Below are positions 39,986 to 50,486 of a stretch of DNA of 64,000 nt, one piece after another. The first letter of the stretch is position 1; each line of letters opens with the position of its first letter. The DNA comes from Burkholderiales bacterium (GTDB taxonomy: Bacteria > Pseudomonadota > Gammaproteobacteria > Burkholderiales > Gallionellaceae): contig JBBRAJ010000014.1 of NCBI GenBank assembly GCA_038206935.1, positions 23,170 to 87,169 on the forward strand. Reading direction: 5' to 3'. Position numbers and translations under genes: made by a program. The notes under the pieces are model-generated. The model was not told where the DNA came from. It made no database searches and worked only from the letters and a program-made list of their open reading frames with translations.

Positions 39986-40004
39986 TTAGTCTGATTGAGC
40001 TATT

Positions 40005-40937
40005 TTAGCCATCCATATTGATTTTAGTGATCAATTCGTTCAATACGGCTTCAGCACTGTCGTTATCCACCTGGCAGGTTCCGGCATTCTGGTGACCGCC
40101 ACCTGCATATTGCAACATCAGTTCGCCAATGTTGGTTTTTGAGCTGCGATTGACTATCGATTTTCCGGTTGCGAATACGGTGTTCTGTTGCTTCACTCCC
40201 CACAGCACATGAATGGAAATGTTGCATTCCGGGAACAGGGCGTAGATCATGAAGCGGTTACCCGCATAAATGACGGGTTCCTGACGCAGGTCGAGTATAA
40301 CCAGATTGCCGTACACTCTGGAGCAGCGCTGGAGCTGATCCTTAAATTGCTCTTCATGAGCAAAATACATCTCGGCGCGTTCTCTGACATCCGGTAATTG
40401 CATGATCTGGTGGATATCGTGGTTCATGCAATAGTCAATCAGATCCATCATCAGGTTGTAGTTGGAGATGCGGAATTCGCGGAAACGGCCCAGCCCGGTG
40501 CGAGAGTCCATCAGGTAATTGAGCAGCACCCAATCCTTGGGATAAAGAATTTCTTCGCGTGAGAACTGTGCTGAATCGGCTTTGTCGACTGCAACCATCA
40601 TGTCATTCCACGATGCAGGGAATGTTTTCAGCCCACCGTAGTAATCGTAAACGACACGTGCTGCCGAGGGCGCATCCGGATCTATGATATGGTTGGTACG
40701 TTCGCCGGTGTTGCGTAGGGTTTCCGATAGATGATGGTCGAATGCAATATGGGCACCGGGCACATAGGGAAGATTGGTGGTGATGTCGTCAGGGCCGATT
40801 TGGATTTTTCCGTCCTGCATATCCTTGGGATGGACAAACAGAATGTCGCCTAACATGTCGAGGTGCTTTAACAATACCGCACAGACCAAGCCATCGAAAT
40901 CGCTACGCGTTACCAAACGAAATTTTCTGTTTTCCAT
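40005..40937 (-). CDS. DHH family phosphoesterase
   Basis: DFDG (motif I) and FDHH (DHH motif). Start at MENRKF, preceded by GGAGA. Confidence 0.7.
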   Translation of the reverse strand: MENRKFRLVTRSDFDGLVCAVLLKHLDMLGDILFVHPKDMQDGKIQIGPDDITTNLPYVPGAHIAFDHHLSETLRNTGERTNHIIDPDAPSAARVVYDYYGGLKTFPASWNDMMVAVDKADSAQFSREEILYPKDWVLLNYLMDSRTGLGRFREFRISNYNLMMDLIDYCMNHDIHQIMQLPDVRERAEMYFAHEEQFKDQLQRCSRVYGNLVILDLRQEPVIYAGNRFMIYALFPECNISIHVLWGVKQQNTVFATGKSIVNRSSKTNIGELMLQYAGGGHQNAGTCQVDNDSAEAVLNELITKINMDG

Positions 40938-41120
40938 ACTGTTTCTCCGCACAAATTAAAAAATATTGAATGCCAACGATGTTCATTTTACTGCAACAGT
41001 GCGCTGAAAGGGGGTTGAATCTTTGTTCGATGTAAACGGGAAGGATTTGTAGGCTCGTTCTATAGTTTGCATGATAATGAATTACACTCATGCCTTACCC
41101 CCCAGATTTTTTATTAGCAT

Positions 41121-41147
41121 GTTCATTCCCGCGCAGGCGGAAATGAC
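41121..41147. repeat. dRS3-like palindromic element, copy 3
   Basis: gttcattcccgcgcaggcggaaatgac upstream of the ABC ATPase gene. Confidence 0.8.
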
Positions 41148-41270
41148 CAACTTTCGGTTTAATGGATAATTCGGGTTGAATAGGGGCGACTGAGTGGAAA
41201 TGAAGGTAATGAGTGAGGCATTGAGCCAAATGTTTGTATCCGTATTTCCAAATAGGGCAGAGACAGGTAT

Positions 41271-43325
41271 ATGAGTTTGCTGAAAGTTGAGAATCTGGTC
41301 ACAGGGCTGGTTGCAGGGGCGGCGATAGTCGACGGAATTTCATTTGCAATCGCGGAAGGGGAAACTTTTGCGTTGCTGGGCGAATCCGGGTGCGGCAAGT
41401 CGATGACGGCATTATCGATGATGCGTTTATTGCCGGACGGGGTAGTGAATAGTTCGGGCAAGGTAGTGTTGGGAGATGCGTCGTTGCTTGATTTGCCCGA
41501 ACGCGAGATGCGTCGGGTGCGGGGCGGGCAGATGGCGATGATTTTTCAGGAGCCGGGATTGAGTCTGAATCCGGTGATGACGGTAGGGGCGCAGATTGCT
41601 GAGGTGCTGGAACTGCATTGCAAGCATGAGGCGGTTGAGTCGGTGTCATCGCGTTGCGTAACTTTACTGGAGCAGGTAGGCATTCCCGATCCGCAGCGGC
41701 GGGTGGAGGAGTACCCGTTTCAGCTTTCAGGCGGCATGAAACAGCGCGTGATGATTGCGATGGCGCTGGCCGGTTCGCCGCGATTATTGGTGGCCGATGA
41801 GCCGACTACCGCGCTGGATGTAACGATACAGGCGCAGGTTCTGCAATTGTTGCGTGATACTCAACAAGCTGCGCGCATGGCCATGTTGCTGATTACACAT
41901 GATTTGGGTGTGGTGGCCGAGATGGCGCATAGTGTCGGAGTGATGTATGCCGGGCAGGTGGTTGAGCAGGCCTCGCGTGAACAACTTTTTGCGCAACCTC
42001 TGCATCCTTATACACAAAAATTATTTGCCGCTTTGCCCGGCCGAGTTAGACGTAATCAGCCACTGGTTGCTATTCCGGGTTCAGTACCGCCATTGGGCAG
42101 TATCCGACAGGGATGCCGGTTTGCGCCGCGTTGCGACAGGGCATGGGCAGTGTGTACTGAAAGCTCGCCCACATGGAATGTATTGTCTGACGGACGTGGT
42201 GTCAGATGCCATTTGTATGCGGATCAAGTAATGGGCGTGGAGGAGAGTGAAGGTCAAGGCAAGTCTGCTTCATTCGCGTCCGGGAATGATCAGGGCGATG
42301 AGGCTACTTCAAACTCAGACCGTACCCCATCATTGCTTAGTGTCAGTAATCTTAAAGTGCATTTTCCGATACGCAAAGGTATCTTGAAGCGCGTGACCGG
42401 GCATGTGATGGCGGTAGATGGCGTGTCGCTGGAAATTCCGGCTGGACATACGCTGGCGCTGGTGGGTGAGTCGGGCTGCGGTAAGACGACACTGGGTAAG
42501 GCGCTGCTGCAATTGATTAAACCGACGGCGGGAAGTGTGCAGTTTGGCGGACGGGAAGTGATAGGGCAGGATAATGCCAAATTGGCTAGGCGAGACTTGA
42601 GTCAAATGCGCGGCGAAATGCAGATGGTGTTTCAGGATCCCTATGCTTCATTAAATCCGAAAATGCGCGTGGCCGAGATACTTGAAGAAGGAATGAGCGC
42701 ACTAAATATCGGAACAAACAGTGCAGCGCGTCAGGCGCATATTGATATTTTGCTGGAGAAGGTCGGTCTCGCCAGTACCGATAAGTGGCGTTATCCCCAT
42801 GAATTTTCGGGTGGGCAGCGACAGCGGATTGCGATAGCTCGTGCGTTGGCTGTTTCACCGCAATTGCTGATTTGCGATGAGCCCACCAGTGCACTGGATG
42901 TATCGGTGCAGGCGCAGATATTGAATTTGCTTAAAGCGTTGCAGCAGGAGCTGAATCTGAGTTACTTGTTCATTACTCATAACCTTTCGGTAGTGGAGTA
43001 TCTGGCGCATGAAATATGTGTGATGTATCTGGGGCGTATCGTAGAGCGTGGCACGGCGGAGCAGGTGTTACGCAGTCCTGCTCATCCCTACACGCGTGCC
43101 TTGTTATCGGCGGTGCCGCGTATAGACGGGCAGCGTCGTGAATATGTCCGGCTGGAAGGTGATTTGCCGTCGCCCACCGCACCACCGCCGGGATGTCATT
43201 TTGCGCCGCGCTGTTCTTTAGCGAAGCAGGCATGTAATGAGGCATATCCGCCAGCAGTGGAATTGTCTTCCAGCCATACCGCGCATTGCTATTTTGCGGG
43301 GAATAGTCCTGATGTGGAGATTTAG
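41271..43325 (+). CDS. fused double ABC transporter ATP-binding protein, Dpp/Opp (YejF/GsiA-like) type
   Basis: Two complete cassettes (GESGCGKS x2; LSGGMKQR and FSGGQRQR). Each is followed by an oligopeptide-type C-terminal Cys motif ([16 protein letters not shown]). An acidic/Ser linker joins them. Confidence 0.9.
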   Translation: MSLLKVENLVTGLVAGAAIVDGISFAIAEGETFALLGESGCGKSMTALSMMRLLPDGVVNSSGKVVLGDASLLDLPEREMRRVRGGQMAMIFQEPGLSLNPVMTVGAQIAEVLELHCKHEAVESVSSRCVTLLEQVGIPDPQRRVEEYPFQLSGGMKQRVMIAMALAGSPRLLVADEPTTALDVTIQAQVLQLLRDTQQAARMAMLLITHDLGVVAEMAHSVGVMYAGQVVEQASREQLFAQPLHPYTQKLFAALPGRVRRNQPLVAIPGSVPPLGSIRQGCRFAPRCDRAWAVCTESSPTWNVLSDGRGVRCHLYADQVMGVEESEGQGKSASFASGNDQGDEATSNSDRTPSLLSVSNLKVHFPIRKGILKRVTGHVMAVDGVSLEIPAGHTLALVGESGCGKTTLGKALLQLIKPTAGSVQFGGREVIGQDNAKLARRDLSQMRGEMQMVFQDPYASLNPKMRVAEILEEGMSALNIGTNSAARQAHIDILLEKVGLASTDKWRYPHEFSGGQRQRIAIARALAVSPQLLICDEPTSALDVSVQAQILNLLKALQQELNLSYLFITHNLSVVEYLAHEICVMYLGRIVERGTAEQVLRSPAHPYTRALLSAVPRIDGQRREYVRLEGDLPSPTAPPPGCHFAPRCSLAKQACNEAYPPAVELSSSHTAHCYFAGNSPDVEI

Positions 43326-43437
43326 GCGAATTCAGGTTGACGTGATGCTGCCTTTGGATTAAAAAGGTAACAGGGTTTAGGCTTTAAATGTGGTAGCAGT
43401 AGGGTAGTTTTGTGACTTAACTAATTAGGAGAGCAAC

Positions 43438-43767
43438 ATGAGTACTAATTTAACCAGTGCCGAAAGTGATGTAAGCAAGGAAAAGTTGATGCAGGATTTG
43501 AAGTTGGTTGTTTCGGATGCGGAAGAGTTATTAAAGGCAACAGCTGGTCAGGCGGGGGACAAGGTGGTGGCGGCACGGGAGCGTATACAGGATAGTTTGA
43601 CTTCAGCCAAGGAGCGCCTCGCAGCGGCAGAGGAGGCCATGCTGGAAAAAACCCGTGCAGCGGCTAGAGCGACCGATGAATATGTTCATGACAACCCCTG
43701 GAGAGCGGTTGGTATTGCAGCCGGTGTGGGACTGGTCGTCGGTATGCTGATTTCGCGCGGTCGTTAA
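43438..43767 (+). CDS. DUF883 (ElaB/YqjD/YgaM) membrane-anchored ribosome-binding protein
   Basis: 109 aa, helical, with the typical C-terminal anchor NPWRAVGIAAGVGLVVGMLISR. Confidence 0.8.
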   Translation: MSTNLTSAESDVSKEKLMQDLKLVVSDAEELLKATAGQAGDKVVAARERIQDSLTSAKERLAAAEEAMLEKTRAAARATDEYVHDNPWRAVGIAAGVGLVVGMLISRGR

Positions 43768-43770
43768 ATA

Positions 43771-44145
43771 ATGCAGCAGCAAAGTGCGGGGCTGATGGAT
43801 TCGATTCGGCGATTGTTATCTACGCTGACTTCTATCGCTTCAACCCGCTTGGAGTTGCTGGCGAATGAATTGTATGAGGAGCGTTTGCACTTGGGGCAGA
43901 TGCTCCTTTATTTTATTTCTGCGCTATTTTGTTTTGGCATGGGCATTATTCTGATGTCTGTGTTTGTTGTGGTGTTGTTTTGGGATGAGCATCGCCTTGC
44001 TGTGTTGGGTGGTGGTGGCGCAATATTCCTCTTTATTGGTTTGCTGACAGCGAAACGTCTGCAAACGCTTGCGCAGAGAAAATCAAGGCTATTTTCTGCG
44101 AGTATAGGCGAACTGATAAAAGACAAAGAGCAACTGGATGGCTAA
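43771..44145 (+). CDS. YqjE-like (phage-holin-family/DUF1469) membrane protein
   Basis: N-terminal TRLELLANEL helix plus two TM segments, directly after the DUF883 gene as in yqjD-yqjE. Confidence 0.65.
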   Translation: MQQQSAGLMDSIRRLLSTLTSIASTRLELLANELYEERLHLGQMLLYFISALFCFGMGIILMSVFVVVLFWDEHRLAVLGGGGAIFLFIGLLTAKRLQTLAQRKSRLFSASIGELIKDKEQLDG

Positions 44146-44446
44146 TATGACTAAGCAAATGCGTGAGGTGATGCAACGTCGCCAGATATTGTTATCCAGA
44201 ATTTCCGCGCAGCGCGAAGAACTGGCTGAAATCGGTGTGCGCTGGACCGTGCCGTTACGCTTCGCGGATCAAACATGGCTTGCTGTTCGTTTCCTGCGGT
44301 CACATCCTGTTTTACTTGCGGGTGTGGCTAGTCTGATTGCCGTGCGTCGACGCGGAGTGATCGGTTTCGCAAAAGTCGCATGGCGACTATGGAAGTCTTA
44401 CCGTTACGCGGATAACTTCGTGAAAAACGTAACTTCGCGTTTATAA
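44138..44446 (+). CDS. YqjK-like protein
   Basis: RRQILLSRISAQREELA motif and a single TM. Third gene of a yqjDEK-like arrangement. Overlaps the previous gene. Confidence 0.6.
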   Translation: MANMTKQMREVMQRRQILLSRISAQREELAEIGVRWTVPLRFADQTWLAVRFLRSHPVLLAGVASLIAVRRRGVIGFAKVAWRLWKSYRYADNFVKNVTSRL

Positions 44447-44486
44447 CAGGTTCCTAAAAAGGCGATGAGTACGCAGCAGGTCGTGC

Positions 44487-46127
44487 TTACTTACCCTGAA
44501 AGGCGAGGTTGATTTTTTTGCCGCGTTTTCTTGAGGCCTGCTTAATCGTTTTGTGTTGAGCAACCTTCCTTGTTGATGATCTGGATGCTGCACGACTCTT
44601 CTTGTGACTGGATGTCGGCTTTTCTAACTGCACAATGGTAAGCGTTTGTCCGGGTTTGATTTGTTTCAATTGTCCGTTCCAACGTTTCAGATTCTTGATG
44701 CTAACTTGGTATTGTCGTGCTATTTGAGGCAGTGTTTCTCCCCTGTGTACGATATGCTGGATCGTGGGGGCATATTTTTGCTTGGGCGAGTTTTCTTTAG
44801 CTACAGGGTGCAAATGCATGTTGAAGGCTTCGAATTCGGTTTCACTATTGATTGCATCATTGTTAATCGGGACGAGTAGCATTTGCTCACGATTTAGTCG
44901 GCCATGTGCGGTCAGGCTATTTATCGATTTAAGTTTATCTACTGAAAGGCCGAAGCGCGGTGCCAGACGGTCTAACCTTTCGCCCTTGTTCGCGTGATAG
45001 GCCTGCCAGCTAACCAGTGGCTTGTCGTAGTTTTCCAGATTGACACGATACTTATCGACTTTGTCCGTGGGTAGCAAAATGTAATCGCCACTGTCCTGCA
45101 AAATGACGGGTCGATTGTGTGCCGGATTCAGCGCGACAAATTCTTCTTTGGATATATCGGCCAGTTGTGCAACTAATTTCACGTCTATATGTTTTTCTGT
45201 TTGAACCTTGGCAAAATACGGTTTGTTGGGTATTCCCGGTAGTTCAAGGCCGAAATGTTCTGGATTCGCAACGATATTTTTTATGGCTAATAGTTTGGGT
45301 ACGTAATTGCTGGTCTCATCGGGCATTTTGAGACTTTCGTAATCCGTTGGAAGACCTTTCTTGCGATTGCGTTCCTGAGCGCGCTGTACGGCGCCTTCTC
45401 CCCAGTTATAGGCAGCAAGAGCCAATTTCCAGTCACCGAACATGTTGTGTAATTTTTCCAGGTAATCCAGCGCGCCATTAGTCGCGCTGATAATGTCGCG
45501 ACGACCGTCATACCACCAGTTTTGTTGCAGGCCGAAATTTCTGCCCGTCGATGGCATAAATTGCCAGATGCCAGCGGCATTGCTGGTTGAGTTCGCGACA
45601 GGATTAAAAGCGCTTTCTATCATGGGAAGTAGTGCAATTTCAGCGGGCATACCGCGACGCTCGACTTCGCTGGTGATATAGAAAAGATAGCGTCCGGCTC
45701 TTTCCATCATGCGCGCAACATATTCGGGTCGTTGCGCATACCATTGTTCATGCTTGGCAATTAATGGGTTATCAGATTCTTGGAGTGTGAAACCACTACG
45801 CAGGCGCTCCCATAGGTCGCCGTTTTGCGGTATGAGTGTTAGTTCTACATTGCGAGCCGTTGTGAGCGTCAGTGGTGCGGTTGGCGCTGCCAATGATGTG
45901 TTTAGCTCAAGACCGTTTTCGTTTTTTGTAGATGAGTTGGTAAGCAGTGTTGGCTGGACAGTGTCTGGAATATCGATGGGTTTTCTGGTTTCGATAGCGG
46001 AGGATGGGCTTGCAAGCGCAAGTGTTTCAGTCAGAGATAGTGTTTCTGCACGGGGCGAAATGGCGCAGAAAAATGCACCGATGGTAAATAATAATGGGAG
46101 TGTCAGTTTGATCAATGGCACAAGCAA
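44487..46127 (-). CDS. mltD: lytic murein transglycosylase D-like (SLT domain plus LysM repeats)
   Basis: SLT catalytic region (LPMIESAFNP ... AAGIWQFMPSTG ... AYNWG), two LysM-like repeats, Lys/Arg-rich C-tail. Start uncertain: TTG at 46127 or GTG at 46121, with no ATG available. Confidence 0.8.
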   Translation of the reverse strand: MLVPLIKLTLPLLFTIGAFFCAISPRAETLSLTETLALASPSSAIETRKPIDIPDTVQPTLLTNSSTKNENGLELNTSLAAPTAPLTLTTARNVELTLIPQNGDLWERLRSGFTLQESDNPLIAKHEQWYAQRPEYVARMMERAGRYLFYITSEVERRGMPAEIALLPMIESAFNPVANSTSNAAGIWQFMPSTGRNFGLQQNWWYDGRRDIISATNGALDYLEKLHNMFGDWKLALAAYNWGEGAVQRAQERNRKKGLPTDYESLKMPDETSNYVPKLLAIKNIVANPEHFGLELPGIPNKPYFAKVQTEKHIDVKLVAQLADISKEEFVALNPAHNRPVILQDSGDYILLPTDKVDKYRVNLENYDKPLVSWQAYHANKGERLDRLAPRFGLSVDKLKSINSLTAHGRLNREQMLLVPINNDAINSETEFEAFNMHLHPVAKENSPKQKYAPTIQHIVHRGETLPQIARQYQVSIKNLKRWNGQLKQIKPGQTLTIVQLEKPTSSHKKSRAASRSSTRKVAQHKTIKQASRKRGKKINLAFQGK

Positions 46128-46506
46128 GCCCTGAGTGGAGGTAAATCCGCTTAATAGTAGCCGACTTGTCAGGTAGTAGCAATTAAAAATAGAGGTGTTT
46201 TAAATATATTGCGGTGCAAATTCGGGATGCTGTTAAACTTCACACGGTTGGACTTGAATATATTTATATGGCACTTTCTTATTGTTGTTTGCGTTGATGA
46301 AATATTCGGCTATTAATTTCTTTTTTTTCTATTGCTACCGGTTTCGATGATGTCCTCTAATAAGGTTAATCACGTTCAATCTTCCCGAAGTACACGCTTA
46401 ATTGATATTTCCCTTTTGTCTGATAGGAGCGGGTTCGTGCTGTTCAATTGCTTTATTTCGGTCAGTGTTGTTTTTCGATATTCAGAAGTGACGAGTGGGG
46501 CTGGCA

Positions 46507-48333
46507 ATGTTGCGTAAATCAGGTAGACGTACCGCTCTGGCTATTACCCACGATATTCTGGCTACCATTATTGCGTGGACGCTAGCCTACTTATTGCGTT
46601 TCAATTTTGATTTGCCGCCCGAATATTTCAATGAGATGTTTCAAGCCATGCCATGGGTCATTCCATTGCAAGTTGCGATATTCTGGAAATTTGGCCTTTA
46701 TCGCGGGATTTGGCGGTATGCAAGTTTGAATGATTTGCGCAATATCGTACTGGCTGTATTGTTGGCCGCCTTGGCTATTCCGTTTGTGCTGTGGATGCTG
46801 AATAATCAGGTAGTGCCTCGTACGGTGCTGGCATTAAATCCGATTTTTCTGGTTATTTTCATGGGCGGTAGTCGTCTGATATACCGGATGTGGAAAGAAA
46901 CCCGGTTTCAGCGACGAATGAAATTGTCCAGTGAGCCGGTTTTGATACTGGGTGCTGGTGACGCTGCCGTTATGCTATCCAAGGATCTGGAAAAAAATCG
47001 CGCGTGGCAATTGGTCGGCTTTCTGGACGATGATGCTGAAAAGCATGGCTGTATTATAAATGGAGTGAAGGTATTGGGTGGCTTGGATGAATTGAGTCGC
47101 TGGACGATTCATTTCGCTATTGAACGTGTAATTATTGCCATGCCGTCCAGTTCACACCAGAGCCGTCAGCGCGTGATCAAGCTGTGTAATGACGCAAATG
47201 TTCAAGCACTTACGGTGCCCTCTTTTGATGATCTGATGAGCGGCAAGGTGGAAGTTTCAAAATTACGCAAGGTGGAACTGGACGATTTGTTGGGACGAGA
47301 CCCGGTTGTGCTTGATACAGACGGGTTGCATAAGCTGTTGTCTGGAAATGTTGTAATGGTGACAGGGGCGGGCGGTTCTATCGGATCGGAATTGTGCAGG
47401 CAGGTTGCACGTTTCTCTCCCTCTTTGTTGGTATTGTTTGAGGCGAGTGAATTGGCACTTTATACCCTTGAGCAGGAGTTGCGGCAGGTTTTTCATGAAC
47501 TCGATTTTGTTTGTCTGGTCGGTGATGTGCGTGATGCCGAACGAGTAAATGAGGTTATGGGTTTGTATCGGCCTAGTGTGGTGTTTCATGCGGCGGCCTA
47601 CAAACATGTGCCGATGATGGAGCAGCATAATGCATGGCAGGCAATACGCAATAATGCATTGGGTACCTGGACGGTGGGGCGTGCTGCGCAAAGGCATGGG
47701 GTAGGCAAATTTGTGATGATTTCAACTGACAAGGCTGTTAACCCAACTAATGTGATGGGGGCTTCAAAGCGTCTTGCCGAGATGGTCTGTCAGGCTTTGC
47801 AGCCAACGGCAACGACTCGTTTCATAATTGTCCGGTTCGGGAATGTACTGGGGAGTACCGGCAGTGTCATCCCGAAATTTCGTGCCCAGATTGCACAGGG
47901 TGGGCCGATTACTGTTACGCATCCCGAAATTACCCGCTATTTCATGTCTATTCCCGAAGCTGCGCAGTTGGTGTTGCAGGCAGGTTTGATGGGGCAGGGA
48001 GGGGAAATATTTGTTCTGGAAATGGGCGCGCCGGTGAAGATCGTTAATCTTGCCAAGGAATTGATTCGTCTGTCTGGATTAACTGAGGAAGAAATTGGTA
48101 TCGAATTTACCGGATTGCGTCCGGGGGAAAAGCTCTATGAGGAATTATTGGCTGATTATGAGCATACATTACCTACACCCCATGCAAAACTTCGGATTGC
48201 TCAGGCGCGTCAGATTGATGAAGCCTGGCTGGAGAGCCTGCTTGAATGGATGAAGGCGCATACTATGTCTGATGAGCGGGTGAAGGAGGCTTTGAAGGTC
48301 TGGGTACCCGAATATCAGCCCAATTCTCAGTAA
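46507..48333 (+). CDS. polysaccharide biosynthesis protein, membrane-anchored nucleotide-sugar 4,6-dehydratase (CapD/WbpM/PglF-like)
   Basis: 4 N-terminal TM segments, then two Rossmann regions (VTGAGGSIGSEL; YKHVP; ISTDKAV). Confidence 0.85.
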   Translation: MLRKSGRRTALAITHDILATIIAWTLAYLLRFNFDLPPEYFNEMFQAMPWVIPLQVAIFWKFGLYRGIWRYASLNDLRNIVLAVLLAALAIPFVLWMLNNQVVPRTVLALNPIFLVIFMGGSRLIYRMWKETRFQRRMKLSSEPVLILGAGDAAVMLSKDLEKNRAWQLVGFLDDDAEKHGCIINGVKVLGGLDELSRWTIHFAIERVIIAMPSSSHQSRQRVIKLCNDANVQALTVPSFDDLMSGKVEVSKLRKVELDDLLGRDPVVLDTDGLHKLLSGNVVMVTGAGGSIGSELCRQVARFSPSLLVLFEASELALYTLEQELRQVFHELDFVCLVGDVRDAERVNEVMGLYRPSVVFHAAAYKHVPMMEQHNAWQAIRNNALGTWTVGRAAQRHGVGKFVMISTDKAVNPTNVMGASKRLAEMVCQALQPTATTRFIIVRFGNVLGSTGSVIPKFRAQIAQGGPITVTHPEITRYFMSIPEAAQLVLQAGLMGQGGEIFVLEMGAPVKIVNLAKELIRLSGLTEEEIGIEFTGLRPGEKLYEELLADYEHTLPTPHAKLRIAQARQIDEAWLESLLEWMKAHTMSDERVKEALKVWVPEYQPNSQ

Positions 48334-48572
48334 TATTACAGTTTGTTAAGTAAATACGGGGCAGTTTTAGTGGGTAAATATACTCAAGTTTTCATTGGTC
48401 GAATTAAGTGACTGGTCTTTAAGGACTATATACAACTTGCCTCGGGTCAGTATAATTGCCACGCTTTTTTAACTGGTGTTGCTTGTTATTGGTAAACACA
48501 TTTGGCATTAGGAAAATTCTTGTATCTGAAATATTTTCGAATTCGTCGCAATAGCTCAGGTATAAATATTCC

Positions 48573-49373
48573 ATGATTAATAATCTGCTTTTAGACGTTA
48601 TTTCCATATCGGTTGCGGCTGGTCGGGCCATAATGTCCATATACTCTGATCCGGACAATGAAATAATAAGCAAGTCAGATAATTCGCCATTGACTCAGGC
48701 TGACCTTGCGTCTGATCGCATTATTAGCACTGGCTTGATTGACTTGGGCTTGGGCTGGCCCATTCTTTCCGAGGAATCCGCGCAGATTGATTATGAAAAG
48801 CGTAAGAATTGGACTCGTTTCTGGTTGGTAGATCCACTCGATGGCACCAAGGAGTTTATCAAGCGTAATGGCGAGTTTACTGTAAATATTGCTTTGATTG
48901 AAAATGGCAATCCGATATTGGGTGTGGTGTATGCGCCTGCTTTGGATACCTGTTATTTTGCTGAACGGGGGGCAGGTGCTTTTGTGCGGCACGGTACGGA
49001 AGAGCCGGAATCAATTCAAGCTACACCCTATATGCAAGGCGAAACAGTTAAAATCGTCGCCAGTCGTTCTCATCAAGATGTCCGTACCGAAGCCTTTATT
49101 AATAAGCTCGGTGATTGTCAGTGTATAGGTATGGGTAGTTCGCTCAAGTTATGTCTGGTAGCGGAAGGTACTGCCCATCTGTATCCGCGATTGGGTCCTA
49201 CCATGGAGTGGGATACGGCAGCGGCACATGCAGTTGTAAAAGAAGCGAGCGGACGAGTTTGTGATGTGGCTGGAATTGAGTTGCAATATAACAAGCCCGA
49301 CTTGCATAACCCGGAATTTTTTGTGTTGCATGCGGCAGACCAATTTTTGTTTGAATCTATTGTTAAGTGTTAA
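48573..49373 (+). CDS. cysQ: 3'(2'),5'-bisphosphate nucleotidase
   Basis: Inositol-monophosphatase-fold motifs (ILSEES ... WLVDPLDGTKEF ... WDTAA). Confidence 0.85.
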   Translation: MINNLLLDVISISVAAGRAIMSIYSDPDNEIISKSDNSPLTQADLASDRIISTGLIDLGLGWPILSEESAQIDYEKRKNWTRFWLVDPLDGTKEFIKRNGEFTVNIALIENGNPILGVVYAPALDTCYFAERGAGAFVRHGTEEPESIQATPYMQGETVKIVASRSHQDVRTEAFINKLGDCQCIGMGSSLKLCLVAEGTAHLYPRLGPTMEWDTAAAHAVVKEASGRVCDVAGIELQYNKPDLHNPEFFVLHAADQFLFESIVKC

Positions 49374-49413
49374 GGGATATGAAATTTAAACGTACTGCTC
49401 CAAGCTGATGTAG

Positions 49414-49431
49414 GTCGGGTTTCAACCCGAC
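49414..49431. repeat. REP-like hairpin (GTCGGGTTTCAACCCGAC) with a partial second copy at about 49457-49468
   Basis: tgtaggtcgggtttcaacccgacagg lies 40 nt after the cysQ stop. ttttgtcgggttaat repeats one arm. Confidence 0.6.
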
Positions 49432-49640
49432 AGGCATTGTTCGATGCAACGCGTTTTGTCGGGTTAATACCGCAAGGGCATTCCCACGGAGTATGCGGCG
49501 ATAAATCGATAATTTCTGAATAAAAACCCGATCTACGATAATTTTAATCACGTTTTGACATTATTCAACTGGTAACAGACTTATGGGTCTGCATATTGTG
49601 CGCAGCTTTCGATGCACACTTGACCGTAAGTATGGTGTAA

Positions 49641-49652
49641 GGCGGTAGTGTT
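49641..49652 (+). promoter_or_regulatory. ops-like element (11/12 match) upstream of rfaH
   Basis: GGCGGTAGTGTT compared with the consensus GGCGGTAGnnTG, with a mismatch only at position 12. Lies 141 nt upstream of the rfaH ATG on the coding strand. Confidence 0.4.
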
Positions 49653-49792
49653 ATCATAAATATATTGAATGGCTCTGGCGGATGTTTGTATATAAATGAA
49701 GTTTACGTGATGGGCGATATAGTCATACGTGAAGGTGTCGCACATTGATGTTGCTACCTGGAGCGAAGAATTAAATTGGAAATGCCACAAAG

Positions 49793-50317
49793 ATGTTGCT
49801 TGAAAGTGCGGAAAAAAGGGAGCGCTGGTTTGCTGTTTGTTGCAAGCCTCGTCAGGAACGGATAGCGCAGGAGAATCTTCTGCGTCAGGGTTTTCAGGTA
49901 TATCTGCCGCTCATCAAGGTGGAAAAACGCTGCAAGGGTAAATGGGAAGAAAAAGTCGAAGTGCTTTTTCCACGATATGTATTTATCCGGGTTAACCCAG
50001 AAAGGAAAAGCATATCGTCTGTGCGTTCCACCCGGGGGGTGGTCGGTTTGGTGCGGTTTGGTGAAAAGCCGGCAGTGATACCTGACGAGGTCATGAATGC
50101 CTTGCAGCAGAGAACTGTATCTGAATTCGGACTGCATCAGGATGAACCTTTGTTTACCAAGGGGGGGGCGGTAAGGCTGACAGACGGGGCGTTTGATGGC
50201 ATGGAGGCTGTTTTTGTTCAGCCTGATGGCAACCGGCGCGTAATAATACTGCTGGATTTACTGGGTAAATCGAATAAGGTAAGTGTCAGCCTCGATAGTC
50301 TGGCAAAGATATGGTGA
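49793..50317 (+). CDS. rfaH: transcription antiterminator RfaH (NusG paralogue)
   Basis: RWFAVCCKPRQERIAQENL ... LFPRYVFI ... DGAFDGMEAVFVQPDGNRRVIILLDLLGK parallels E. coli RfaH ([29 protein letters not shown]). Confidence 0.85.
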   Translation: MLLESAEKRERWFAVCCKPRQERIAQENLLRQGFQVYLPLIKVEKRCKGKWEEKVEVLFPRYVFIRVNPERKSISSVRSTRGVVGLVRFGEKPAVIPDEVMNALQQRTVSEFGLHQDEPLFTKGGAVRLTDGAFDGMEAVFVQPDGNRRVIILLDLLGKSNKVSVSLDSLAKIW

Positions 50318-50486
50318 GGCATTGATTTAATCAGTTTGCCTTGTCGAAGGTATTTCATGTAAGCAAATGATCTGATTTTTCTGCATTCATGATTCGATAG
50401 GCTCATTATTAACAGTGTAATTAACCTGTAATATTTTAATTAATTTAAAATCAATAAGTTATGCGAGGTGCGAATGTGCTTTGCAG

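Noticed and set aside
42410-42421. ops-like GGCGGTAGATGG inside the ABC ATPase gene.
   Set aside because: It lies deep within a coding sequence, more than 1.1 kb from the gene start, and is mismatched at the conserved T11. This is most likely chance.
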